Part shown: in pieces, positions 26,381 through 35,613 of the stretch
How positions within the stretch are numbered: the stretch's first letter is position 1
Layout of the letters: each line of letters opens with the position of its first letter
Source of the DNA: a virus
DNA: 64,000 nucleotides
Virus record (IMG/VR): IMGVR_UViG_3300002483_000009
Location: 7,149 to 71,148 of that record
Strand: one strand, 5' to 3'
Made by a program: the position numbers and the translations under genes
Notes under the pieces: model-generated
The model's database searches: none
Told to the model about the DNA's origin: nothing
The model's input: only the letters and a program-made list of their open reading frames with translations

Positions 26381-27090
26381 TGGACGACTCCTTAAAAGAC
26401 AGTTGGGTTCCGGAAGGACCTATCAGTAAGAAGATAAAAGACAGATTGCAGAAGGCAGGCAAGAGATTCCACTCCAATGACAACATCTCAGAATTCATAG
26501 AGGACGGTGAGATGGACCTATTGCAGGCAGAGGTACAAGAAAAACTTCAAGGCGTGTTAGACAGCCTTGTGATTGACACAGAAAACGATCACAACACACA
26601 GGAAACTGCCAAACGTGTGGCCAAGATGTACATAAGAGAAACATTTGGTGGTAGGTTCAAACCAGCACCAAGGGTTACAAGTTTTCCCAACATGGGTTAC
26701 AAGAGTATGTACACCAGTGGTCCAATATCAATTAGATCAACGTGTGCCCACCACTTCCAGAACATTGTGGGTAATGCCTGGGTAGGTATAATTCCCAATG
26801 GTGAAGTTATTGGATTGAGTAAATTCAACAGGATCGTACATCACATCGTGGAGAGACCGCAGATACAAGAAGAGATGACAACACAGATTGCAGATGAATT
26901 GAAAAAGTATGCAAAGACTGACAACCTTGCAGTAGTGGTCAAAGCAGAACATCACTGCATGACGCACAGAGGTGTAAGAGAACACGAATCAGACATGACA
27001 ACTGCAATTATGTTGGGTGCATTCAAGGAAGATCCTGCTACAAGAGATGAATTCTACAAAATCTGTATGAGTATGAAGGGACATGACTAG
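26380..27090 (+). CDS. folE: GTP cyclohydrolase I
   Basis: STCAHH, GLSKF, RPQIQE, HHCMTHRGV. Confidence 0.95.
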   Translation: MDDSLKDSWVPEGPISKKIKDRLQKAGKRFHSNDNISEFIEDGEMDLLQAEVQEKLQGVLDSLVIDTENDHNTQETAKRVAKMYIRETFGGRFKPAPRVTSFPNMGYKSMYTSGPISIRSTCAHHFQNIVGNAWVGIIPNGEVIGLSKFNRIVHHIVERPQIQEEMTTQIADELKKYAKTDNLAVVVKAEHHCMTHRGVREHESDMTTAIMLGAFKEDPATRDEFYKICMSMKGHD

Positions 27091-27310
27091 CAAATCTAAA
27101 AAAGACCAACAATTGGAGATGGGATTCAGCGAAGGAATAACATACGGTGGAGACCTAGACACCAGTTTCACTTACAGTTTTGGAGATTTAGATTTAGGAA
27201 ACCCAGAAGAGGATATGCGAGAAAAATATCCTGCACTGAAACAGGCATGGGAACACTATCAAAGTATTTTAGAAGTATGCAAAACAAAGGAACAAGAAGA
27301 TGAGGATTAA
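27083..27310 (+). CDS. Hypothetical protein
   Basis: 75 aa; KYPALKQAWEHY. Confidence 0.65.
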   Translation: MTSKSKKDQQLEMGFSEGITYGGDLDTSFTYSFGDLDLGNPEEDMREKYPALKQAWEHYQSILEVCKTKEQEDED

Positions 27311-28349
27311 TTACGACGCAAAATTGAATTTTGAGGACGTGCTACTACAACCAAAACGTTCTACATTGTCATCACGTAAAGATGTAGACATGACTCGTAA
27401 CTTTACATTTAGGAACTCTGGCAAACAGATGAACTTCTTGCCTATCTTTGCGAGCAACATGGATGGTGTTGGAACCTTCTCAATGGCAAAAGTATTGCAA
27501 GAGTACAAAATGATGACTGTGATCACAAAAACTACCGGCATAGAAGAATGGCGGAAAGCAGTTGGCAGTGGTGTAAGGTTACAAAGTGTATCGGTTTGCA
27601 CAGGCACAAATATTATGTGGGATAAGGAAGCACAGGATTGGAAGACAATGCAAGATGTATTGAAAAGTTTTCCTGACATAAAAATGATCACTGTTGATGT
27701 TGCAAACGCCTATCACCAGAACATGGTGGATTTTATTAAAAAGGTACGTGATGAATATCCTACAAAAATTATTGTTGCAGGAAATGTTGTAACCCCTGAA
27801 ATGACAGAAGAACTTATTATCAACGGTGCTGATGTTGTCAAAATTGGTATTGGTCCTGGATCAGTATGTACAACAAGAACAATGACAGGTGTTGGCGTAC
27901 CACAATTCAGTGCGATATTAGATTGTGCTGACGCGGCCAACGGTGTAGATGGACACATAATGGCGGATGGAGGTTGTGTGTACCCGGGAGATATAGCCAA
28001 AGCATTTGGTGGCGGTGCCCACATGGTAATGATAGGTGGCATGTTGGCAGGCCATGACGAGTCAGAGCAGGAAATAGTCGACGGCAAAGTAGAATTTTAC
28101 GGAATGAGCTCGGATCGTGCAAGAGAAAAACATGGCAAACGTAAAGATGGATACAGAGGCAATGAAGGCAGATTAATAAGTCTGCCGTACAGAGGTCCTG
28201 TGCAACACACAGTAGAAGATATACTGGGCGGAGTAAGAAGTGCCTGCACATACATAGGTGCAAGAAGATTGAAAGATATGCCCAAGTGTGCAAGTTTCGT
28301 GACTACAAATAATGTTATAAACAGGATATATGAAAAATACGACAAATAA
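27300..28349 (+). CDS. guaC: GMP reductase
   Basis: DVLLQPKRSTLSSR, SNMDGVG, GIGPGSVCTTR, ADGGC, FYGMSS, GGVRSACTY; no CBS domains. Confidence 0.92.
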   Translation: MRINYDAKLNFEDVLLQPKRSTLSSRKDVDMTRNFTFRNSGKQMNFLPIFASNMDGVGTFSMAKVLQEYKMMTVITKTTGIEEWRKAVGSGVRLQSVSVCTGTNIMWDKEAQDWKTMQDVLKSFPDIKMITVDVANAYHQNMVDFIKKVRDEYPTKIIVAGNVVTPEMTEELIINGADVVKIGIGPGSVCTTRTMTGVGVPQFSAILDCADAANGVDGHIMADGGCVYPGDIAKAFGGGAHMVMIGGMLAGHDESEQEIVDGKVEFYGMSSDRAREKHGKRKDGYRGNEGRLISLPYRGPVQHTVEDILGGVRSACTYIGARRLKDMPKCASFVTTNNVINRIYEKYDK

Positions 28350-28662
28350 ACCAATCGAACCTATAACAGAAAAACTTGACGACAAGATCAAGGCCCTTAA
28401 TTCATCAAGAGTTTACAAAAAAGTTACACCTCGAGGTGACCTATCATGGTATATCAAATGGGCAAGTAGTATCACATTGATTGTGGCAATGCTTTTCACT
28501 TCTGCAAATATGTTTCCTGTGAATTTATGGATTGCAAATTTAGGATTTATAGGTTGGTTAATAGTTGGTATGCTGTGGCACGACAGATCATTAATAGTTT
28601 TAAACGCAGTATCATTAGCAATTTATTCTTTAGGTATTTTAAATTATTATTATGGAAGTTAA
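28330..28662 (+). CDS. Small membrane protein (3 TM)
   Basis: Hydrophobic C-terminal two thirds. Confidence 0.7.
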   Translation: MKNTTNKPIEPITEKLDDKIKALNSSRVYKKVTPRGDLSWYIKWASSITLIVAMLFTSANMFPVNLWIANLGFIGWLIVGMLWHDRSLIVLNAVSLAIYSLGILNYYYGS

Positions 28663-29110
28663 GAAGAATTATTTTACAACAGGACAGATGCGTAATGCAT
28701 TAATTCAAATAGAAGATAAAATGGTGCACTCCAACTGGATGCCAAGCATTATACTAGGAATTAATAGGGGAGGTTGCATACCGGGAGTATATCTTTCACA
28801 CAGACTAAACACTGCCCACGAAGTGCTAGATATAAGATTAAGAGACCATAAAGCAAAACCAAACCTAAGTGTGCTAGAAAAAGCATTTGCATTTCAAAAG
28901 AAAATACTAATCATAGATGACATAAACGATTCTGGTGCAACATTCAAGTATATAGAAGAAAATTTTGGCAAACATGAAGAACGAATAAAATTTGCCGCAC
29001 TTATACATAACAAACCTTCAGAAGTAAAAGTAGATTACCATGGATACGAGATCAACAAAGACGAAGTGCCCAGTTGGATAGTATTTCCATGGGAAGAGTG
29101 GGACAAATAA
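28652..29110 (+). CDS. Type I phosphoribosyltransferase (xanthine/guanine PRT-like)
   Basis: GINRGG, ILIIDDINDSGAT PRPP loop, WIVFPWE. Confidence 0.88.
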   Translation: MEVKKNYFTTGQMRNALIQIEDKMVHSNWMPSIILGINRGGCIPGVYLSHRLNTAHEVLDIRLRDHKAKPNLSVLEKAFAFQKKILIIDDINDSGATFKYIEENFGKHEERIKFAALIHNKPSEVKVDYHGYEINKDEVPSWIVFPWEEWDK

Positions 29111-29123
29111 ACTAAAGGTTGTG

Positions 29124-29153
29124 TTGACACAATCGCGGTAATCATAGTACAAT
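29124..29153 (+). promoter_or_regulatory. Sigma70-type promoter
   Basis: TTGACA-18nt-TACAAT; SD AAGGAGG before ATG 29188. Confidence 0.6.
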
Positions 29154-29187
29154 TAGCATACATTAATTAAACCTTAAGGAGGACTTA

Positions 29188-29835
29188 ATGTTCAAAACAT
29201 TAATGGCAGGTGTAGATAAAACACTTGTAAGAAATCTAGTAATTTTACACACGGCAGTTATTGCCTTATCGAATTATCTAGTCACAATCAGATTTGATTT
29301 ATTCCCCGGAGCAGAACTTCCATTTTTTGGATCGTTCCCATTGGCGGCGGCGGCATTCACATTTCCGATTGTTGTAGTAGCGACTGACTTGACGGTTAGG
29401 TTGGTTGGCAAAGAAGCAGGAAGGGCCGTTGTTGCAATGGCAATCATTCCGGCGATCGTTGCATCAGTACTTGTACTGTTGGCATTAGGTGACCCACACG
29501 CATACAGAGTTGGATTTGCAAGTGGTACTGCTTATGCTATTGGTACCATGCTTGATGTGTACGTGTTCCAAGCAATCAGAGAAAGATCGGACAATTGGTG
29601 GGCGGCTCCGGCACTTTCAACTATCGCGGCAAACATAATTGATACATACTCGTTCTTTTATGTTGCGTTCGCAGGTTCGCTTGACGCAGAAGGTAACCTA
29701 TCGTGGATTGGTGCAAACTGGCACGTGGTTGCACAAAACAACACATTGACTAAAATTGTAGTTGGTCTAATAGTATTCTTACCAGCATATGGTATCCTAT
29801 TAAACAGGTTACAAGTTATAGGCAAAAAGAAATAG
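29188..29835 (+). CDS. yhhQ: VUT/YhhQ family queuosine precursor (preQ0/preQ1) transporter
   Basis: SNYLV, FTFP...ATDLTVRL.G, LDVYVF, IDTY.FF..AF; multi-TM. Confidence 0.85.
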   Translation: MFKTLMAGVDKTLVRNLVILHTAVIALSNYLVTIRFDLFPGAELPFFGSFPLAAAAFTFPIVVVATDLTVRLVGKEAGRAVVAMAIIPAIVASVLVLLALGDPHAYRVGFASGTAYAIGTMLDVYVFQAIRERSDNWWAAPALSTIAANIIDTYSFFYVAFAGSLDAEGNLSWIGANWHVVAQNNTLTKIVVGLIVFLPAYGILLNRLQVIGKKK

Positions 29836-29836
29836 T

Positions 29837-29920
29837 GTGAAAGACAAAATATACACAGGCGCCGGTATTATTGCAGTAATATTAGCCGTGACGGCTGTTG
29901 TGGCATTCACACTATTGTGA
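29837..29920 (+). CDS. 27 aa single-TM peptide
   Basis: GTG start: MKDKIYTGAGIIAVILAVTAVVAFTLL. Confidence 0.4.
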   Translation: MKDKIYTGAGIIAVILAVTAVVAFTLL

Positions 29921-29925
29921 GTTCT

Positions 29926-29947
29926 TGGGGGAGTTTTTTCTCCCCCA
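29926..29947 (+). terminator. GC-rich hairpin, possible terminator or stabiliser
   Basis: TGGGGGAG-TTTTTT-CTCCCCCA, a perfect 8-bp stem; weak U-tract. Confidence 0.5.
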
Positions 29948-29976
29948 TTGACAAAATATCTAAATACATATATAAT
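29948..29976 (+). promoter_or_regulatory. Consensus sigma70 promoter with a TAAATA box in the spacer
   Basis: TTGACA-17nt-TATAAT; TAAATA at 29961-29966. Confidence 0.75.
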
Positions 29977-29988
29977 TAAAAGTACATC

Positions 29989-30387
29989 ATGGGAAACAAA
30001 GCAGGTAAAATTTGGGGACAAACAGAACTCATTGAAGCAAATGGTTCTTGCGAATTCCACAGGATAGATTTTGTAAAAGGTGGCACGTGTTCAAAGCACA
30101 AACACGAATACAAATGGAACGGTTTCTACGTGATGTCAGGCGAGATGAAAATCCGTGTATGGCAGAAGGACTATGAATTGATAGACGAAACTATACTTAA
30201 AGCCGGTGACTACACAGCCGTAAAACCAGGACTATATCACTCATTCGAGGGATTGGAAGACGGTGTTGCGTTTGAATTGTACTGGGCGGAATTCAGACAC
30301 AACGATATACAACGAGAAAGTGTTGGTCATTTGAAGACAGATAACATAGTTAGACTGGACAAGAAAAATGACAAAACAAGAAAATAA
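29989..30387 (+). CDS. Cupin-fold protein
   Basis: CSKHKHEYKWNGFYVMSG ... VKPGLYHSF. Confidence 0.8.
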   Translation: MGNKAGKIWGQTELIEANGSCEFHRIDFVKGGTCSKHKHEYKWNGFYVMSGEMKIRVWQKDYELIDETILKAGDYTAVKPGLYHSFEGLEDGVAFELYWAEFRHNDIQRESVGHLKTDNIVRLDKKNDKTRK

Positions 30388-31384
30388 AATTCCCATAAAA
30401 GGCTACGCAACTTTTCATCCATTGAAACATTGTTTGATCGGATCTGGATTCAAAGCAGAATGGTTCAGAAACCTTCCCATCTATAAAAATAATAAAATTA
30501 TGGACCCCCTAAGGCGTATTGCAGAAGAAACCGAGGAAGATTTTGAGACACTTGAAAAAATATTGAAAGAAGCCAATATCAAAACTTACCGTGCCAGGTT
30601 GAATATGGAAAAGTATGGATCTCTACAAAACATTTATAGACCTCCAATGGCACCAAGAGATCACTTTGCAGTTCTTGGAGAAAAACTTTATGCAGTTGGT
30701 GGGATATCAGAAGGATATGCAGATGTGTTGAAACAGATAGACAGGAAAAATCTTATAATAGAAAAGGCAGGGTTAGAACCAATATCTACTGCACACATTT
30801 GTAGAGTTGGAAAGGATATATGGTGGGATATATCAAATAAGATGGACAAGGATTTGATAGAAAAGTACAAGACACTCTGGACTGAAGAAGGATTCAGGGT
30901 TCACCTTTCTCACAGAGGACATCATACAGATGCTGAATTTTGTGTTGTTAAGCCAGGATGTATAGTATCTATGTACGATGTGCAGGATTATAAAAAAGAA
31001 TTTCCGAATTGGGACGTTCAGTATGTCGCAGATAAGTCCTGGGACAAATTAAGTTCATTCATGCAGATGAAAGATAAGGTCGGAGGACGTTGGTGGTTAA
31101 AAGGAGAAGAACATAACGATGAATTAATTCACTTCGTTAACACCTGGTTAAATGATTGGGTAGGTTTTGTGGAAGAAACTGTGTTTGATGTCAACATGCT
31201 GTCACTTGACGAAAATACAATCATATGTAACAATTATAATAAAGATGTATTTGATTATTTTAAAAAACATAAAGTTGATCCAATCATATTCAACCCAAGA
31301 CATAGATTCTTTTGGGACGGTGGAATACATTGTATAACACAGGATTTATATAGAGAAGGAACCATGGAGGACTATTTTGGATAA
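30368..31384 (+). CDS. Amidinotransferase family protein (glycine / inosamine-phosphate amidinotransferase-like), paralog 1
   Basis: PRD, HTD, DVNML, DGGIHCITQD. Confidence 0.8.
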   Translation: MTKQENKIPIKGYATFHPLKHCLIGSGFKAEWFRNLPIYKNNKIMDPLRRIAEETEEDFETLEKILKEANIKTYRARLNMEKYGSLQNIYRPPMAPRDHFAVLGEKLYAVGGISEGYADVLKQIDRKNLIIEKAGLEPISTAHICRVGKDIWWDISNKMDKDLIEKYKTLWTEEGFRVHLSHRGHHTDAEFCVVKPGCIVSMYDVQDYKKEFPNWDVQYVADKSWDKLSSFMQMKDKVGGRWWLKGEEHNDELIHFVNTWLNDWVGFVEETVFDVNMLSLDENTIICNNYNKDVFDYFKKHKVDPIIFNPRHRFFWDGGIHCITQDLYREGTMEDYFG

Positions 31385-32405
31385 GATACCTATCAAATCC
31401 TATGCAAACTTTCACCCATTGAAACATTGTATAATTGGGTCAGGATTTCAAGCAGACTGGTTTCATGACTTACCTATATACAAGAACAAAAAAATAATGG
31501 ATCCTTTGAAACGTATTGCAGAAGAAACTGAGGAAGACTATCAGATGCTTGTTAAATTATTGCAAGATGCAGGTGTGCAAACTTATAGACCAGAATTAAA
31601 CATGGAAAAAATACAATCATTGCAGAACATCTATAGACCTCCTATGATGCCTAGAGATAGTTTTGCTGTGTTAGGTGAAAAATTTTATTCTTGTACTGCA
31701 GATGGTAGGAAAGGTTATACAGATATTATCAAACGTATAGATAAGAAAAACTTATATTTAAAACAGATCGATAGTGCAGTATCAAGTGCTAACATAATGA
31801 GAGTGGGCAAAGACATATTTTGGGATCATCACGAGGGAGACAAAAGCAACGGGTTAGTCGATGGCTATCCAAAGATGTACAAGGAGATACTTGACGATTT
31901 ACAACAACAAGGCTTCCGCGTTCATCACACGTATAGAGGTTATCATTCAGATGCTGTGATGTGCATAGTAAAACCAGGGTGCATTGTGTCATTGCACGAT
32001 ATACAAAACTACAAAGAAACATTTCCAGGATGGGACGTGTTGTACATACCAGATCAATCTTGGAACAGTGTAAGTGATTTTGGAAAAATAAGAAAAAAAG
32101 TAGGTGGCAGATGGTGGTTAAAGGGAGAAGAACATAACGATCAATTGATAGAATTTGTAAACACATGGCTGAACGATTGGGTAGGTTACGTAGAAGAAAC
32201 TGTGTTTGATGTCAATATGTTGCAACTTGACGAAAACACAATTATATGCAACAATTATAATAAAGAAATATTTGAATTTTTTAAGAAACACAAGGTTGAA
32301 CCAATAATATTCAACTTTAGGCATAGGTTTTTTTGGGATGGTGGAATACATTGCATAACACAAGACCTATATAGAGAAGGGACAATGGAGGATTATTTTG
32401 GCTGA
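31377..32405 (+). CDS. Amidinotransferase family protein, paralog 2
   Basis: PRD, HSD, DGGIHCITQD; TTG start with GGAGG SD. Confidence 0.8.
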   Translation: MDKIPIKSYANFHPLKHCIIGSGFQADWFHDLPIYKNKKIMDPLKRIAEETEEDYQMLVKLLQDAGVQTYRPELNMEKIQSLQNIYRPPMMPRDSFAVLGEKFYSCTADGRKGYTDIIKRIDKKNLYLKQIDSAVSSANIMRVGKDIFWDHHEGDKSNGLVDGYPKMYKEILDDLQQQGFRVHHTYRGYHSDAVMCIVKPGCIVSLHDIQNYKETFPGWDVLYIPDQSWNSVSDFGKIRKKVGGRWWLKGEEHNDQLIEFVNTWLNDWVGYVEETVFDVNMLQLDENTIICNNYNKEIFEFFKKHKVEPIIFNFRHRFFWDGGIHCITQDLYREGTMEDYFG

Positions 32406-32865
32406 CATTTATCACATATTCGCAGATCATAATGCAGATGTAAACGCAATGGAGTTTACAACAAAGATGCGTAAATTTCTCGACCAGATGGTTGAAATGA
32501 AAAGAATGAATTCCTATAGACTTACAAGAGCAAAACTAGGATTCAGATCAATGAATCTTCCAGAGTTTCACATAATGATGGAGTTTGATAATATGCAACA
32601 ACTAGATGATGCAATGACTTCTGTTATAAGAAATGAAAAGAATATAGAGGAGTCACACGTTGGATTCAACCAACTAGTTGATGTTGAAACAATACAGCAT
32701 TTTCTGTACAGAGATTATCCAGACGATATCAAAATTGAACAACCAAAAGTGCAAGAAAACAAACCAATAGATCCTGAGTTAGAGAAACGTATGAAAGGCA
32801 GTTGGACAGTTGAAGAGATTGTTGAATCAATGAAAAACAGTCATCCGGAGATATGGAAAAAGTAG
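32398..32865 (+). CDS. Hypothetical protein (possibly dimeric alpha-beta barrel)
   Basis: 155 aa; TTG start with GGAGG SD. Confidence 0.65.
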   Translation: MADIYHIFADHNADVNAMEFTTKMRKFLDQMVEMKRMNSYRLTRAKLGFRSMNLPEFHIMMEFDNMQQLDDAMTSVIRNEKNIEESHVGFNQLVDVETIQHFLYRDYPDDIKIEQPKVQENKPIDPELEKRMKGSWTVEEIVESMKNSHPEIWKK

Positions 32866-33755
32866 AAAAAAAATATTACTATTCTGAAATATTTCACAGC
32901 ATACAGGGTGAAGGACACTACACAGGCGTTCCAACCGCATGGATAAGATTCTTCCTTTGCAATTTACAATGCAATGGCTTCGGTCAAAAAGATCCAACGG
33001 ACCCAAGCACATATGAACTGCCGTTTGAGAATTTTGATGTGTCAAGTGTAAAACGTGTTGAGGACTTGCCTGTGTGGGACAAAGGCTGTGACAGTTCTTA
33101 CACATGGGCAAAAAAATTTAAAGGTCTTATGGGACAGGAGACTCCCACTGTGTTGGCAGACAAACTTGTTGACATCATAAAGACAGAATCAAATCCAGAG
33201 GGTAAATTTTTACATCCGTTTTCTAAACAACATCAGCATCTGTGTTTCACAGGTGGCGAGCCTTTGATGATTACAGGACAGGCCGCAGTAGTTGGAATAT
33301 ACAGGGCACTTGAAAAACGAAATAATCTTCCAGGGTCTATGACATTCGAAACAAATGGCACACAGATATTGAAAGAGCCTTTTAAGGAGTGGGTAAGAAA
33401 CATAGACACAGAAGTGTTCTTCAGTGTAAGTCCAAAACTGTTCACGGTGTCGGGCGAGAAAACAGAAAAAGCAATCAAGCCTGAGAACGTGGCCGAATAC
33501 TACAAACTATCCAAAGCAGGCCAGTTAAAATTCGTTGTTGGATCCGCAGACAAGGAATGGGACGAAATGGAAAGCACAATCAAGAAATTCAGAGACGCTG
33601 GTGTAGATTGGCCAGTCTGGGTGATGCCAACAGGTGCTAGGGAAGAAGAACAGACAGCAACGGCTGGTAAAGTGGCGGAGAAGGCATTCAAGAAAGGGTA
33701 TAATGTGGCCGCAAGAGTCCATGTGTATCTATTTGGTAATGCTATTGGAACATAG
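32853..33755 (+). CDS. queE: 7-carboxy-7-deazaguanine synthase (radical SAM)
   Basis: SEIFHSIQGEG, CNLQC...CDS, TGGEP, ETNG, SVSPK, RVHVYLFG. Confidence 0.9.
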   Translation: MEKVEKKYYYSEIFHSIQGEGHYTGVPTAWIRFFLCNLQCNGFGQKDPTDPSTYELPFENFDVSSVKRVEDLPVWDKGCDSSYTWAKKFKGLMGQETPTVLADKLVDIIKTESNPEGKFLHPFSKQHQHLCFTGGEPLMITGQAAVVGIYRALEKRNNLPGSMTFETNGTQILKEPFKEWVRNIDTEVFFSVSPKLFTVSGEKTEKAIKPENVAEYYKLSKAGQLKFVVGSADKEWDEMESTIKKFRDAGVDWPVWVMPTGAREEEQTATAGKVAEKAFKKGYNVAARVHVYLFGNAIGT

Positions 33756-33756
33756 G

Positions 33757-33785
33757 TAGACTAGGAGGTAAAAATAAAGTATAAT
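33757..33785 (+). promoter_or_regulatory. Sigma70-type promoter
   Basis: TAGACT-17nt-TATAAT; ATG 33792 lies 6 nt later. Confidence 0.6.
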
Positions 33786-33791
33786 AATGTT

Positions 33792-34115
33792 ATGAAGGTA
33801 AAGAAAACAAAAAAGACTACAATTAAGAAAAATAAAAAAGATTCTAAAAAAAGTCAAGAACCAATGGTTAAAGTTCTCAACTTGAATGTGAATCCTGAAA
33901 ACCCAAGAAATGGTTTCTTCGAACTAGATTGGAATGATGAGTTCGTGAATATGTTACAACAATCAGGCTATCAAGGGCAAACTGAGGAAGAGATAGTGGA
34001 CAGATGGTTCCAAACACTTTGCAGAACTATTGGAAATGAACAAGGTATTGACGTCACTGGATCTGGTTACGTTCAGATCAACAGGAGAGACGACGGCAAA
34101 ACTGAGGTGTCGTAA
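33792..34115 (+). CDS. Hypothetical phage protein
   Basis: 107 aa; FELDWNDEFV. Confidence 0.7.
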   Translation: MKVKKTKKTTIKKNKKDSKKSQEPMVKVLNLNVNPENPRNGFFELDWNDEFVNMLQQSGYQGQTEEEIVDRWFQTLCRTIGNEQGIDVTGSGYVQINRRDDGKTEVS

Positions 34116-35101
34116 TGACACATATTCTTGTAGACACAGCCAACACATTCTTTAGAGCCAGACACGTGATCAGGGGAGACACTTCTGAGAAGGTGGGAAT
34201 GGCCATACACATAATGATGAACTCCATAAAGAAAGCATGGCAGGACTTCGATGGCACTCATGTTATATTCTGTCTTGAAGGTAGATCATGGCGTAAGGAT
34301 CATTATGCACCATACAAAAGAAACAGAAAAGAAATGGCAGATGCTATGACTGAGAAAGAAAAAGAGGAGAACGAAGTATTCTGGGAGTGCTACGATGACT
34401 TCTGTGACTTCATAAAGACCAAGACAAATGTAACAGTGTTAAGAAATCCAAGGGCAGAAGCAGATGACCTAATTGCCCGTTGGATAGATAAACATCCTGA
34501 TCAAAAACATGTGATTATAAGCACAGACAAGGATCTAAATCAACTTGTGAATAAAAATGTGAAACAGTACAACGGTGTTACAGAACAGACATTGACCCAC
34601 GAGGGTTGGTTTGACAAGAAGGGTAATACAGTGATAGACAAAAAAACAAAAGCACCTAAGGGTGCACCAGACACCGAATGGATTATATTTGAAAAGGCAA
34701 TGAGAGGTGACCCAAGTGATAACATATTTTCGGCATACCCAGGTGTGCGTACAAAGGGCACAAAGAATAAGATAGGTTTACAAGAAGCATTCGCGGATCG
34801 CAAGGAAAAAGGGTACACATGGAACAACCTTATGTTGAGTAAATGGGTGGATCATGACGGCAAAGAACACAGAGTTCTAGAAGATTATGAACGTAATAGA
34901 CTATTAGTTGACCTTCATGCACAGCCAGAAGCAATTATTGAGGAATTGGACCAAACAATATCACAAGCAAAAGCCGAAGTAAAAAATATTGCACAGGTAG
35001 GAATCAGATTTATGAGGTTCTGTGCCAAGTACGACCTAAATAAGATTAGTGAGCAGGCGCAAATGTACGTTGAGCCTTTTAATGCGAGGTTAGAAGCATG
35101 A
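34115..35101 (+). CDS. rnh: T4 RNase H-like 5'-3' exonuclease (FEN family)
   Basis: LVD, YKRNR, EADD, STDKD, GDPSDNI. Confidence 0.88.
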   Translation: MTHILVDTANTFFRARHVIRGDTSEKVGMAIHIMMNSIKKAWQDFDGTHVIFCLEGRSWRKDHYAPYKRNRKEMADAMTEKEKEENEVFWECYDDFCDFIKTKTNVTVLRNPRAEADDLIARWIDKHPDQKHVIISTDKDLNQLVNKNVKQYNGVTEQTLTHEGWFDKKGNTVIDKKTKAPKGAPDTEWIIFEKAMRGDPSDNIFSAYPGVRTKGTKNKIGLQEAFADRKEKGYTWNNLMLSKWVDHDGKEHRVLEDYERNRLLVDLHAQPEAIIEELDQTISQAKAEVKNIAQVGIRFMRFCAKYDLNKISEQAQMYVEPFNARLEA

Positions 35102-35613
35102 CAGTAAGAGCAAAAACCCTAGTCAAAGACAAGTTCTGGATAGTAGAAGAGAACGGCCAAAAGTTAGGAACTTTACAAAAAAAAGATAACAACGGTTGGA
35201 TTTACCTAAACAAAGCAGAAAAAGAGACGCAAGTCTATGCAAATGCTGAAAGCCTTGTCAAAAAATTTGGAGTTGATATATTTGCAGAGTCAAATTCCCC
35301 AAACAAAGAAGATGAGATACAACAAGATAATTTTGAAGTGCATGGTTTCCCTTGTAGTCAACATCCATACAATCCTATGTTTGATGTGCAGAAACAACTG
35401 CCAGTATATACAAAAACACCAAAAAGCAAAAGTCAATTCTGTGCAGGGTATTACATAATTTGCTTTGAAAAAGGATGGCGTAAAGCATATTGTCCTAAAA
35501 TGATTACACTATCAAGATATGAATTTAAAGGACCAATGAAAACAAAAATAGAAATGCAACAGGTATTAAACAATGCAGTCAAAGAATTCCAAGATACAAA
35601 CAAGACCTATTGA
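35098..35613 (+). CDS. Hypothetical protein
   Basis: 171 aa; ATGA coupling. Confidence 0.7.
   Translation: MTVRAKTLVKDKFWIVEENGQKLGTLQKKDNNGWIYLNKAEKETQVYANAESLVKKFGVDIFAESNSPNKEDEIQQDNFEVHGFPCSQHPYNPMFDVQKQLPVYTKTPKSKSQFCAGYYIICFEKGWRKAYCPKMITLSRYEFKGPMKTKIEMQQVLNNAVKEFQDTNKTY

Noticed and set aside
29154-29187. preQ1 riboswitch upstream of the VUT transporter
   Set aside because: The leader is only about 30 nt and shows no recognisable preQ1-I stem or A-rich tail
30368-32405. Near-identical blocks as a DGR template/variable repeat pair
   Set aside because: Differences are mostly synonymous and not adenine-specific, no reverse transcriptase is in the window, and gene duplication explains them
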